From Verrucomicrobiota bacterium (GTDB lineage: Bacteria > Verrucomicrobiota > Verrucomicrobiia > Opitutales > UBA953), in NCBI GenBank assembly GCA_041168485.1, contig JBEEKW010000008.1, positions 563 through 64,562 of the forward strand: a stretch of 64,000 bases of DNA, in the 5' to 3' direction. Below, piece after piece: positions 29,102 through 38,697 of this stretch; position 1 is the first letter of the stretch; each line of letters opens with the position of its first letter. The position numbers were made by a program, and so were the translations under genes. The notes below the pieces were generated by a model. It saw nothing but the letters and a program-made list of their open reading frames with translations. It was not told the origin of the DNA and did no database searches.

Positions 29102-29779
29102 ATGCGTGTCCTAATTGTAGAAGACGAAGCCCCCTTGCGTAACGGCTTACTGAAGCTGCTCCGCGAGGAAGGTTATGCCGCCGACGCCGCTGCCAATGGT
29201 GAGGAAGGACTCCGTAAAGCGATGGAATGTGATTATGACGCCATCGTGCTCGACTACCTCATGCCTATCATGGATGGCCGCGAGATGCTCCGCCGCCTGC
29301 GCCACACCAAGCGGACGCCCGTCATGATGCTGACCGCGCGCAACTCGGTCGATGATCGCGTGGCGGGGCTCGACCTCGGCGCCGACGATTACGTCGCGAA
29401 GCCTTTCGTGCAGCAGGAGCTCCTCGCCCGCCTCCGTGCGCTGGTACGACGTAACCATAGCTCGGCGGCGGCCATTATCTCTCTCGGTGGAGTCGTCGTC
29501 GACACGACCGCTCGTCGCGTGACCAAGGACGGCAAGGATGAGCCCATCACTGGCCGGGAATACGGGCTATTGGAATACCTGGCGCATCGTCGCGGCGCCG
29601 TCGTGCCCCGTGCTGAGCTCTACGAACATCTCTTCGACGAGAACGAAGACACGCTTTCAAATCTCCTGGAAGTGCACGTCTGCAACCTGCGCCGCAAGCT
29701 GGGGGCGGATCTCATCAAGACTCGCCGAGGCTTGGGCTACGTCATCGAGGCGGCCGCGAAGGCACCTGGCCAGCCATGA
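29102..29779 (+). CDS. OmpR-family response regulator
   Basis: Receiver domain (VLIVEDE, DAIVLDYLMPIMDG, KPF) plus a winged-helix C-terminus (LTGREYGLLEYL...RRGLGYVI). Confidence 0.9.
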   Translation: MRVLIVEDEAPLRNGLLKLLREEGYAADAAANGEEGLRKAMECDYDAIVLDYLMPIMDGREMLRRLRHTKRTPVMMLTARNSVDDRVAGLDLGADDYVAKPFVQQELLARLRALVRRNHSSAAAIISLGGVVVDTTARRVTKDGKDEPITGREYGLLEYLAHRRGAVVPRAELYEHLFDENEDTLSNLLEVHVCNLRRKLGADLIKTRRGLGYVIEAAAKAPGQP

Positions 29780-31233
29780 TTTTTCACTCCATCCGCTGGC
29801 GGATTCTGGCTTGGAACTTTGGCCTGCTTGCCGCCACGGCGTCGGTCCTCCTCATCGCTTTCTACCGCCACGAGAATCAGGCATGGCTCCAGGAAGTCGA
29901 CCTGCGCCTGCGCCGGGAGATGACCCGCGGGATGGGCGCCATGAACGAGGTCGTTCCTGGCGTCGCTGGTCCGCGTAGTCCGGCACCGGCGCCGCGTGCT
30001 GGCGGCAAGGCGGTGAGCAGAGCCGACAATCCAGAACAGCGGGCGACCAAGGCCAAGCAGGCCCTGGCGGAGATCGTCGGCACTGGCGTTTGGGTCCAAG
30101 CTGTCGACCTCGAGGGCAAATCGCTTTACCGCTCTGCCAATGCGCCAACCGAGACGGAACTGGTGGCCCAGGCTTTGGCCGAACTGGCTACGAACGCGGA
30201 TGACACCCGGGCCCGACCGCAGGACCTCATGGTCACTCTGCCCGGTCACCGGGTCCTACTCCACCGTCCGCCTGGCCGTAATCTCGTCATGTTTGGTAGT
30301 CCGACCTTGCAGCTCGACGCCGCCCTTGCTGATCTCGCCCGCAGTCTGACGCTCGCCGGTTTCGCCGTTGTGTTTGTTGGCTGCGGCATTGGCTGGGTGC
30401 TGGCTGGTCGTTCACTTAAGCCCATCGACCGCATTGCGGCGGACGCGGAAGGCATCGCCGCGGGGGATTTTGGCCGGAAGATCGACGTCGAAGATACCGA
30501 GAGCGAGCTCGGCCGCCTGGCTGTGGTGCTCAACGACACCTTTGGTAAGATGAACGCCGCCCGTGAGCATATGGCGCAGTTTACCGCCGACGCCTCCCAC
30601 GAGCTGCGCACGCCGCTCACGGTAATCCTTTCGGATAGCCAGAGCGCCTTACGACAGGAACGTACCCCCGAGGAATATCGTGCCACACTCGAGACCATCA
30701 AGCAGTCGGCCCTACGGATGAAATCCATTTCCGACGCCTTACTTGAACTCGCCCACGGCGACGCCGGGAGGCCGACCGCCAAGGACCCTTGCGACTTGGC
30801 AGACCTCGCCGACGAATCCGTCGCCTTGCTCGGACGAGTCGCCCGCGAGCATGGCGCTAAGCTTGTATCGCAACTCGAGGGTGCTCCCGTGGTCGGCGAT
30901 GCGGGACGCCTCGGCCGGGTGATCCTGAACCTCTCCATCAACGCCATCCTGCATAATGAAGCTGGCGTGACCGTCACCGTGACTACGGGCGTCGTTGACG
31001 GGTGCTCCGAGTTGCGGGTGGCCGATAACGGCCGCGGCATCGCGCCGGAGAGTCTCGGAGGTATCTTTGAGCGGTTCCGCAGGGTCGACGCCTCGCGCTC
31101 CCGGCATACCGGTGGCGCCGGCCTTGGGCTCGCGATCGTCAAGCAGACCGTCGAAGCCCATGGGGGCACCATCGCCGTGACCAGCGAGGTTGGCAAAGGC
31201 ACCGTCTTTGTCGTCCGTCTGCCGAAGGCCTAA
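29776..31233 (+). CDS. Sensor histidine kinase (HAMP-HisKA-HATPase_c)
   Basis: H-box ADASHELRTPLT, N-box LSINAILHN and G-boxes DNGRGI / GGAGLGLAIV. ATGA overlap with the regulator gene. Confidence 0.9.
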   Translation: MIFHSIRWRILAWNFGLLAATASVLLIAFYRHENQAWLQEVDLRLRREMTRGMGAMNEVVPGVAGPRSPAPAPRAGGKAVSRADNPEQRATKAKQALAEIVGTGVWVQAVDLEGKSLYRSANAPTETELVAQALAELATNADDTRARPQDLMVTLPGHRVLLHRPPGRNLVMFGSPTLQLDAALADLARSLTLAGFAVVFVGCGIGWVLAGRSLKPIDRIAADAEGIAAGDFGRKIDVEDTESELGRLAVVLNDTFGKMNAAREHMAQFTADASHELRTPLTVILSDSQSALRQERTPEEYRATLETIKQSALRMKSISDALLELAHGDAGRPTAKDPCDLADLADESVALLGRVAREHGAKLVSQLEGAPVVGDAGRLGRVILNLSINAILHNEAGVTVTVTTGVVDGCSELRVADNGRGIAPESLGGIFERFRRVDASRSRHTGGAGLGLAIVKQTVEAHGGTIAVTSEVGKGTVFVVRLPKA

Positions 31234-34215
31234 TCAGACTGTCGCCAGCACGCGCTGCTTAATCTCTGCGACGGGCATCGCGTTGAGCAGGACGGGCGAG
31301 AGGCGGTTCTCGTTGATCAGCGGGAGGGCCGTGAGGTGTTCGCTGAGAACGAGGTTTCGGTTCGCGGCGACTTCGTCGACGCGGTCCACCGGCGTGAAGC
31401 GCGGGGTGGATTTGAGGACTTCCGGGTTCGTGCGGATGAGGTCACCGATGGCTAGCACCACTTCGGCGAAGCGATCGAGTTCGTCCTTTGTGTAGGACTC
31501 GGTCGGTTCGATCATCAGGCCGAAGACCTCAGGGAAAGCGACGGTTGGGGCGTGGAAGCCGAAATCGAGGAAGAGTTTACCGACGCGGCCGATGATGCTC
31601 GCCCGCGGGATGCCGGAGGCCTCGATGCGTTTGAAGTCTTCTTCCGTGAGCGTGAGGATGAACTCATGCATACGCGGCACGCCATCGGCCGCCGCGGGAA
31701 GTGAAGGGAAGGACTTACCGAGCTTCGAGAACAGGTAGCGGCTGGAGAGGACGGACATCGCGGACATGCGGCGCACGCCTTCCTTTCCGAGGCGCTGTAG
31801 GTAGGTGTAGACGCGCACCTTGTGGGCGAAGTTGCCCCAATGACGATGGAAGGAGCCGATGCTGTGCTTCGGTTTGACCGGGACGTAGACGTCACCCTGC
31901 TTGGCGATTTGGAAGCCGGGGAGGAAGTCGACTAGGCGCTCGGAGACGGCCACGATGCCGTCGCCAGGGCCGCCGCCGCCGTGCGGGACGGTCCAGGTCT
32001 TGTGCAGGTTATTATGGACCGCGTCGACGCCGAGGGCGCCGAGGTTCACCCAGCCCGCGATGGCATTCATGTTGGCGCCGTCCATGTAGACGAGGCCGCC
32101 GATGCGATGGATCTCTGAGGCCATCTTCTGGAAGTCGGTCTCAAAGACGCCGGAGGTGTTCGGGTTGGTGACCATCATGCCCGCGATGCGCGGTCCGAAT
32201 TCGGCAATCTTCGCGGCGAAGTCGACCTGGTCGACGCGTCCGTCAGGAGCGGACTTCAGTAGCATGATGCCCGAGGGCGAGCCGTCGGGGTTACGCTTGG
32301 TCGCGTAGCCGGCGGTGGTGGCCGTGGCAAAGTTCGTGCCGTGGGCCGAGGCCGGGATCAGGATGATGTCACGGTGCTGGCCGTGGTGGCGGTGGTAAGC
32401 TTGGAATAGCTTAAGGCCGACGAGTTCGCCTTGGGCGCCGGCGACAGGTTGGGTGGTCAGGCCGGCGAGGCCGGTGATCTTGCGGAACCATTCCTGCGTC
32501 TGCCAGAGGAGTTCGAGTGCGCCCTGCGCGTCTTCGATCGGGGCCTGCGGATGGAGGCCGGTGAAGCCCGGAAGTCCAGCGGCCCAGTCGTTGATGTGCG
32601 GGTTGTACTTCATCGTGCACGAGCCGAGCGGGAAGCAGCCGGTGTCGGGCGACACGTTGAGTTCGCCGAGCTTCGAGTAGTAAGCCTTCAGTTCGGAGAG
32701 CGAGAAGGAGGGTAGCCCGACGGCGCCTTGGCGTAGTAGGGCTGCCGGGATTTCGGCGAGCGGCTTCGTGCCGGCGGACTGGCCGTAGAGGCCTTCGAAG
32801 AAGGCGATGAGCTTATCCGTATCGGCAGAGGTCTGCAGGTCGCTGAAGGAGACCTTGAGTAGCGAGCAATGGCAGGGCGTGCGACCCGTGATGTCGACGC
32901 CCACGTGGAGGCCGGCGGCGCGTCCCTTGGCGATGACGGCGGCGGCGGGCTCGGGCAGCATCAGGCTGAATTCGTTCCAGAAAGCTTGCTTCGCATAGCA
33001 GACCTTCAGGCCCGGGATGTTGTGCAGCTTAGCGGCGGCGCGGTGGGCTTGATCACGGCCAGCGACGCAGCTGGCGGCCATGCCGGCTTCGCCGCGGGCG
33101 AGGATGGACGCACCGGCGATGGTGGCGATGAACGCCTGATTGGAGCAGATGTTGGACGTGGCCTTGTCTTTGCGAATGTGCTGCTCGCGGGTGGCCATGA
33201 CCATCACGATGCAATCTCGACCGGCGTTGTCCTTGGCCTTGCCGACGAAGCGACCGGGGGTCTCGCGGACTTCGTTCTTCTTGTCGGCGTTATGGCGGAC
33301 GGCGAAGAGGCCGAGGCCAGGGCCGCCGAAGTTGGCGCCGATGGCGAGGTGCTGGCCTTCGCCGACGAGCATGTCGGCGCCGGCACGTCCGTACTGGGCC
33401 GGGGCCTTGAGGCCGCCGGTGGCGAGGAGCATTGGATCAATGACCGCGACGGACTTCACGCCGGCGTCGGCGCAGGCGTCGGTGAGCGCGTCGACGTCCT
33501 CGAGCAGGCCGAGGGCGTTGACCTGCGGGAAGATGACGGCGGCGAGCTGCTTGCCGAGGCGCGCGGAGGCGGCGGCGATGCCCGCGGCGGTCAGGCGGCC
33601 GGTGTCTTCATCGGGAGCCAGGAATTCCAGTTTCACCGAGGTGTCCGCGACGTGTGTGCGGAGGACTTCGAGGTCGCCGGGCAGAAGGTTGGCGGCGACG
33701 AGCACCGTATTCGCTTCGGCGTCGCCCATGCGGACGGTGCAGACGGCGGCTTCGAAGAGCGCGCTGGCGCGTTCGTAGAGCGAGGAGTTGACGGCTTCGA
33801 AGCCGGTCAGCTGAGCGATCGTGGACTGGTAAATCCAGTGGGTGATCAGCGTGCCCTGAGAGCGCTCCGGCTGGTAGGGTGTGTAGGAGGTCGTCAGGTT
33901 ACGGATGGAGCAGACGTGGCTGACGATCTCGTTGGTCCGGTAGACCTGGAGGCCATCGCCGAGGAAGGCGGTCTTGACCGAGTTCTTTTTCGAGAGGGAC
34001 TCCATGCGATCCGCGAGGGCTTGGTATTCCAGCTCGTCGGGGAGGTCCTGGACGCCGGGGAACTTCACCGCGGCGTCGATGTGGGCATACATCTCCGGAA
34101 AATCTTTGGCGCCGATGGCCGCGAACATTGCCTGGATGTCGGCTTCGGTCGCTGCGACATAATGCCGGGCGAGCTCGCGGGTGATTTTAGACGGGTCGTA
34201 GGGCAGCTGGGCCAT
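31234..34215 (-). CDS. gcvP: Glycine dehydrogenase (decarboxylating), single-chain P-protein
   Basis: 993 aa. LGSCTMKYNP, PASAHGTN and the PLP-lysine motif NLHKTW are present, with an N-terminal subunit-1-like half. Confidence 0.9.
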   Translation of the reverse strand: MAQLPYDPSKITRELARHYVAATEADIQAMFAAIGAKDFPEMYAHIDAAVKFPGVQDLPDELEYQALADRMESLSKKNSVKTAFLGDGLQVYRTNEIVSHVCSIRNLTTSYTPYQPERSQGTLITHWIYQSTIAQLTGFEAVNSSLYERASALFEAAVCTVRMGDAEANTVLVAANLLPGDLEVLRTHVADTSVKLEFLAPDEDTGRLTAAGIAAASARLGKQLAAVIFPQVNALGLLEDVDALTDACADAGVKSVAVIDPMLLATGGLKAPAQYGRAGADMLVGEGQHLAIGANFGGPGLGLFAVRHNADKKNEVRETPGRFVGKAKDNAGRDCIVMVMATREQHIRKDKATSNICSNQAFIATIAGASILARGEAGMAASCVAGRDQAHRAAAKLHNIPGLKVCYAKQAFWNEFSLMLPEPAAAVIAKGRAAGLHVGVDITGRTPCHCSLLKVSFSDLQTSADTDKLIAFFEGLYGQSAGTKPLAEIPAALLRQGAVGLPSFSLSELKAYYSKLGELNVSPDTGCFPLGSCTMKYNPHINDWAAGLPGFTGLHPQAPIEDAQGALELLWQTQEWFRKITGLAGLTTQPVAGAQGELVGLKLFQAYHRHHGQHRDIILIPASAHGTNFATATTAGYATKRNPDGSPSGIMLLKSAPDGRVDQVDFAAKIAEFGPRIAGMMVTNPNTSGVFETDFQKMASEIHRIGGLVYMDGANMNAIAGWVNLGALGVDAVHNNLHKTWTVPHGGGGPGDGIVAVSERLVDFLPGFQIAKQGDVYVPVKPKHSIGSFHRHWGNFAHKVRVYTYLQRLGKEGVRRMSAMSVLSSRYLFSKLGKSFPSLPAAADGVPRMHEFILTLTEEDFKRIEASGIPRASIIGRVGKLFLDFGFHAPTVAFPEVFGLMIEPTESYTKDELDRFAEVVLAIGDLIRTNPEVLKSTPRFTPVDRVDEVAANRNLVLSEHLTALPLINENRLSPVLLNAMPVAEIKQRVLATV

Positions 34216-34393
34216 GGATGTATGAAAGGTTTTGAAGGAGGAAACGGGTCTCGCAATCGCCCACCAAGCGAGGGCGGGGGTATTAGAGAATCACGGTTTC
34301 GGCATAAGGTTTGGCAACCCATTCGGGCGCTTGTGAATAAGTCTTAGGGCGGTGGCGCGTTGCCAAGGTCTGGCCTATGCCCAAGGTCGATTT

Positions 34394-35017
34394 ATGACCA
34401 AGCAGGAACGTGCCGATTACGTGGGGAGGGAGCTCGCGAAGCTCTACCCGGCGACGCCGATTCCGCTGGACCACACGGATGCCTATACGCTCCTGGTCGC
34501 GGTGGTGCTTTCGGCCCAATGCACGGACAAGAAGGTCAACGAAATCACCCCGGCGCTCTTCGCCGAGGCGGGGACGCCGGCCAAGATGGCGGCCATGACC
34601 GAGGCGCGGGTGTTGACGCTCATTCGCCAGCTGGGACTCGCCCCGCAGAAATCCAAGGCCCTTGTCGGGTTAGGCAAGATGCTCATGGCCAAGCATGCGG
34701 GGCAGGTGCCGCGGACCTTCGAGGAACTCGAGGAACTGCCCGGCGTCGGCCACAAGACCGCCTCGGTCGTGATGGCCCAAGCCTTCGGCGTACCGGCCTT
34801 CCCGGTGGACACCCATATCCACCGACTCGCGAAGCGCTGGAAGCTCAGCCCGGGAAAGTCCGTCGAACAGGTCGAGAAAGATCTCAAGCGCCTGTTCCCC
34901 GAGGACAGCTGGAACAAGCTTCACCTCCGCATCATCTTCTACGGCCGCGAACACTGCACGGCCCGCGGCTGCGACGGCAAGACGTGTGGGATTTGTGCCG
35001 CGCTACGCGCAGGGTAG
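34394..35017 (+). CDS. nth: Endonuclease III
   Basis: LLVAVVLSAQCTDKKVN, helix-hairpin-helix LPGVGHKTASVV, VDTHIHR and a C-terminal Cys cluster. Start taken at ATG 34394. Confidence 0.9.
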   Translation: MTKQERADYVGRELAKLYPATPIPLDHTDAYTLLVAVVLSAQCTDKKVNEITPALFAEAGTPAKMAAMTEARVLTLIRQLGLAPQKSKALVGLGKMLMAKHAGQVPRTFEELEELPGVGHKTASVVMAQAFGVPAFPVDTHIHRLAKRWKLSPGKSVEQVEKDLKRLFPEDSWNKLHLRIIFYGREHCTARGCDGKTCGICAALRAG

Positions 35018-35188
35018 ATGACTGAGTCGATGACAGATGACAGAGGGCTGAATCGATAAAGACAGACGGACTAAGTTAATTTCTGCCTGGGTTCATTCAT
35101 CGGCGCAGCCCCTTCCCTCTGCCATCTGTCATCGACTCAGTCATCCGCCCTCGATTCAGCGATCCGTCATCTGCCATCGACTCAGCAC
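35017..35188. repeat. Cluster of five CTGARTCGA-core repeats, including a 31-bp inverted repeat (30/31)
   Basis: GATGACTGAGTCGATGACAGATGACAGAGGG (35017-35047) is the reverse complement of 35115-35145 with 1 mismatch. A 20-bp direct repeat (18/20) lies at 35121-35140 and 35166-35185. Degenerate copies lie at 35048-35069 and 35151-35170. Confidence 0.8.
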
Positions 35189-35195
35189 TCTCCTC

Positions 35196-35639
35196 TTAAG
35201 CCCTGATAAGGGCTTCATGCTTCGCACGAAACTCGTCGCTCCAGGCGGAGGGCTGGTGCGAGATGCCATCCATGCGACAAATCGTGCGGGAGGCCTTGGC
35301 GTAAAGGGTGGCGTGATCCGGGCTCCAGAACTCGACGTCCACCGTCAGACCAGCGGCGCGGACTTTGCGGACGCTGAGAACTAGTTTCACGTCGCACTCC
35401 GGGCGGATGGCGACGAGGTAGTGCAAGTCGATGTCTCGGACTACCACGTAGACATCGGGCGCTACGGCGGGGTCGATGGTGTCTTTGCCCATCAAGGCGA
35501 TGAACATGACCTTCTGTGCACGTTCCATCATGAGCACATAGTGCGAGTGGTGGAGGATCCCGAGTCCGTCGGTCTGGTCGAACCAGGTCCGGATGGTCAC
35601 GTGGAAAGTCTTATCAGGCTGGAGTCCGTCGGCGGGCAT
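35196..35639 (-). CDS. Hotdog-fold acyl-CoA thioesterase (4HBT/YbgC-like)
   Basis: 147 aa from the internal ATG 35639. Pattern WFDQTDGLGILHHSHYVLMMERA is typical of 4HBT thioesterases. The track N-extension is Arg-rich and overlaps the neighbouring gene's end. Confidence 0.7.
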   Translation of the reverse strand: MPADGLQPDKTFHVTIRTWFDQTDGLGILHHSHYVLMMERAQKVMFIALMGKDTIDPAVAPDVYVVVRDIDLHYLVAIRPECDVKLVLSVRKVRAAGLTVDVEFWSPDHATLYAKASRTICRMDGISHQPSAWSDEFRAKHEALIRA

Positions 35640-35683
35640 GGAAAAAGGGATGGGGTTAATACGGACCGGGGCAAGCGAACGCG

Positions 35684-36679
35684 TTACTTCGACCGCAGCG
35701 TCGCCGCGAGGCGGTCGAGCTCGGCCCACGTCTCGACGGCTGGCTTCAGGCCAAGGTCGCGGCGGGCGGCGGAGACGTCGAACCAATGATCCTTGGCGAG
35801 TTCGACGGCGACGAAGCGGGTCATGGGCGGTTCGCCTTTGAGGCGGAAGAGCGTCCAAGCGCCTTCGAGCAGGGCGCCGAGCCAGTAGGCCGCGCGTTGG
35901 CTGATCCGCTTCGTGATGGGCTTTTCGCCGGCGCCGACGAGCAGGCGGTTGATGAAGACCCAGAGCTTCACGGGCTCGCCTTGCGAGAGGAAGTAGGCTT
36001 TTCCGTTAGCGCGACCGGCGAGGAGCGCATCGAGCGCACCGAGGTGCGCATCGGCTGCGGTGTCGACGTGCGTGACGTCGACCTGGTTCTCGCCGTTGCC
36101 GACGATGCGGAGTTTGCCGGCGCGGGCGCGGGCGAGGACGCGCGGGAAGAGGTGATTATCGCCCGGGCCCCAGATCAAGTGCGGACGGAGCGCGCAGACC
36201 TTCAGCTGCTCCGAGGCAGCCTTGAGCGCGACTTCTTCGGCGATGGCCTTGGTCTCGGCGTAGGCGCAGAGCCAGTTGTCGCCATAGGGCAGGGACTCGT
36301 CGGCGCCGCGGAACGACTCGCCGTTGAAGACGACGCTTGGTGTGCTGGTGTGCACGAGCGCGCGGACGCCTTGGGCTAGGCACGCACCGACGATGTTCGA
36401 GGTGCCGGCGATGTTGATACGAACGTATTCTTCCCAAGGGCCCCAGACGCCGGCTTTGGCCGCGACGTGGAAGACGTAGTCGCAGTCTTTCACCGCCGCA
36501 TCGACCGTCGTGCGGTCGGCGATATCGCCACGGAGGAAGTCCACCTTATCGGCGAGTTCGCCGGTCATCGGGGTGCGGCCGAGCACGCGGACGCGGTAGC
36601 CGCGGGCGAGGCAGCGGCGGACGACAGCCTGGCCGAGGAAGCCGGCGCCGCCAGTGACGAGGACGAGAGGAGAATTCAT
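35684..36679 (-). CDS. NAD(P)-dependent epimerase/dehydratase, 3-beta-hydroxysteroid dehydrogenase family (OleD-like)
   Basis: VLVTGGAGFLGQAV Rossmann motif and a YAETK catalytic YxxxK. ATG 36679 gives an ATGA overlap with the upstream ligase stop. Confidence 0.85.
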   Translation of the reverse strand: MNSPLVLVTGGAGFLGQAVVRRCLARGYRVRVLGRTPMTGELADKVDFLRGDIADRTTVDAAVKDCDYVFHVAAKAGVWGPWEEYVRINIAGTSNIVGACLAQGVRALVHTSTPSVVFNGESFRGADESLPYGDNWLCAYAETKAIAEEVALKAASEQLKVCALRPHLIWGPGDNHLFPRVLARARAGKLRIVGNGENQVDVTHVDTAADAHLGALDALLAGRANGKAYFLSQGEPVKLWVFINRLLVGAGEKPITKRISQRAAYWLGALLEGAWTLFRLKGEPPMTRFVAVELAKDHWFDVSAARRDLGLKPAVETWAELDRLAATLRSK

Positions 36680-38322
36680 CGGGCGAGTCGGCTGGTCCAT
36701 TCTTTGGCGAGTTGCAGACGGTGAATCTTGGCGTTGTGGCGAACGTCGACGGGCAGGGCACGCTGGAAGACGATGTGCTGCACTCGATCGGCCTGGGGAT
36801 TGATGCGGGCGAGCTCGCGTAGTTCAGCGATGAAGAGGTCGCGGGCTGCTTCGGACTCAGGGAAATGACCAGCCCGAGGTTCGACTACCAGGGCAGGGGT
36901 CTGATGTTGAGCTTCGCCCAAGCCGATGAGCGCGCAGCGGAAAACCTGCGGATGTTGGCGGAAGGCGGGCTCGAGCGATTCCGTCGGCAGTTCGCCTTCG
37001 ACGGTTCGGACTTTCTCCACTCGCCGTCCGAAGAAGAATAGCCGTCCCTCGGCGTCGAGCGTGCCGAGGTCGCCCATGCGGTGCCAGACGCGGGCGCCGT
37101 CGGCAATCTTCGCGAGGCGCGTCGCTTCAGGAAGGCCGTCATACTCGCGCGTCACGCTCGGGCCAGTTGCGATGATTTCGCCGATTTCGCCTGGCGCGCA
37201 GGCCTGGGCTTCGGCCAAGGTTACAATCGGGCCGTCCGTCTCGCGGATCACGCGGATCTCGACCCCGCTGACCGGTCGGCCGACGCACGTGCCTTGGCCG
37301 CGGAGGGCTAACTGACGTGCCTCGCCGAGCAATTCATCGGCGGTGATGGTAGTAACCGGCAGGCATTCCGTTGCGCCGTAGGGGGTGTGGGTCACGCAGT
37401 TTGGCGCGACGACGCGCAGCTTGGCGAGCAGCTCGCCGGAGACAGGAGCACCAGCGATCAGGAGGCGGCGGAGGTCGGGCAGTTTGCTTCCGTGGGCTTC
37501 GCAGTGATCCGCGACCTTGCTCCAGATGGCCGGGGATCCGAAGGAGCAGGTGACTTTCTCGGCAATGAGGGCGGCCACCAGCGGAGCGGGGTCGGCCGCG
37601 AGCGGCTTGGAGGGGTCGAGCAGTGGCGTGACGGTCGTCGTGCCGAGGGCGGGGTTGAAGAGCGCGAAGAGCGGCAGCATCGCCATGTCGGTCTCGCCCG
37701 GGCGGATCGCGTAAGTCGTGCGGACCAGTTCGATCTGCGTGTCGAACATGCCGTGCGTGTAGCAGACGCCCTTCGGTGCGCCGGTTGAGCCAGAGGTGAA
37801 GAGGATGGCGGCGAGCGTGTCGGTGTGGGCGTGGGCAATCGGACGTGCCGGCTGGCCGGTTGTTGCAAGCGCCTCGTGCCAAGCGCCGCCACCGACCGTC
37901 ACGCGATGGCGAAGTGAACGGAAGGCCGTGAAGGGCAGTCGGCTCAGGAGGGACGCCGTGCGGATGCCGACGAGGGCGGTCGGGCGAGAGCGGCGGACGC
38001 AGTCGAGGAAGGCGGACCAGCCCATGCCGGGGTCGATGGCCACCGGGACGGCGCCCAGTTTGAGCAGGCCGAACATTCCGACAATCAAGTCGTGGCCGGG
38101 CCGGACGGCCAAGAGCACTCGTGCCCCCTCAGCGATACCAGCGGCCGCAAAATAGCCGGCGGCCGAGTCGCTCTCCTGGTCGAGTTGGCGGAAGGTGCGG
38201 ACCTCGTGGCGGACTTCGCCCGTCGGGTTGACGCCGACTGGTGACTTTGTCGCCAGACCGCCCGGGCGGTCGGTAGCCGCGATCCGAAGATGGCGGGCGA
38301 CGTTGCTTCCGGGGTCGTTCAT
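36676..38322 (-). CDS. AMP-dependent synthetase/ligase (ANL superfamily; fatty-acid CoA ligase / OleC-like)
   Basis: AMP-binding motif ILFTSGSTGAPKGV, plus TPYGATE and HRMGDLG motifs. 548 aa. Confidence 0.85.
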   Translation of the reverse strand: MNDPGSNVARHLRIAATDRPGGLATKSPVGVNPTGEVRHEVRTFRQLDQESDSAAGYFAAAGIAEGARVLLAVRPGHDLIVGMFGLLKLGAVPVAIDPGMGWSAFLDCVRRSRPTALVGIRTASLLSRLPFTAFRSLRHRVTVGGGAWHEALATTGQPARPIAHAHTDTLAAILFTSGSTGAPKGVCYTHGMFDTQIELVRTTYAIRPGETDMAMLPLFALFNPALGTTTVTPLLDPSKPLAADPAPLVAALIAEKVTCSFGSPAIWSKVADHCEAHGSKLPDLRRLLIAGAPVSGELLAKLRVVAPNCVTHTPYGATECLPVTTITADELLGEARQLALRGQGTCVGRPVSGVEIRVIRETDGPIVTLAEAQACAPGEIGEIIATGPSVTREYDGLPEATRLAKIADGARVWHRMGDLGTLDAEGRLFFFGRRVEKVRTVEGELPTESLEPAFRQHPQVFRCALIGLGEAQHQTPALVVEPRAGHFPESEAARDLFIAELRELARINPQADRVQHIVFQRALPVDVRHNAKIHRLQLAKEWTSRLAR

Positions 38323-38336
38323 GGCCTGTAAATGAA

Positions 38337-38358
38337 GAAGCCCCGAATCCGGGGCTTC
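38337..38358 (-). terminator. Strong hairpin between the lipoprotein gene and the ligase gene (terminator or 5'-UTR structure)
   Basis: GAAGCCCCG-(4 nt)-CGGGGCTTC, followed on the minus strand by TTCATTT. It lies only about 15 nt upstream of the ligase ATG. Confidence 0.5.
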
Positions 38359-38378
38359 TGCAAGGGCTACTTGTCGGT

Positions 38379-38642
38379 TTAGTAGTCGGTCAGGGTGACG
38401 GCGCCCCAGAGCAGGGTGATGCGGTCTCCCGAGGTGATGCGACGTGCGCTGAACTCGCGCATGTTGGCACCGATGGTTGCCTTTTCGGACGGAGAAAAGG
38501 AGCCGGACTCGACCTTGACGAGGCCAAGGAAGTTGTGGGCGGGCTCCAGCGAGACATTGCGACCATGGTTAGGGGTGTCGTAAGTGGTGCAACCGACGAG
38601 GGCGGCGGAAGCGATTAAGGTAGCAAGAGCGAGCTGCTTCAT
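38379..38642 (-). CDS. Small lipoprotein (87 aa)
   Basis: Signal peptide with lipobox: MKQLALATLIASAALVGC. Confidence 0.6.
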   Translation of the reverse strand: MKQLALATLIASAALVGCTTYDTPNHGRNVSLEPAHNFLGLVKVESGSFSPSEKATIGANMREFSARRITSGDRITLLWGAVTLTDY

Positions 38643-38697
38643 AGTGGGGTGAGTTCGATGATTGGACGGGGGGAGGGGGCTGACAAGTCAGAATGAT

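Noticed and set aside
34216-34393. Possible glycine riboswitch in the gcvP leader
   Set aside because: I reverse-complemented the leader. I did not find the conserved glycine-aptamer cores (GGAGAG ... ACCGAAGGGGCAA-type segments) or a tandem aptamer layout. An Infernal scan would be decisive.
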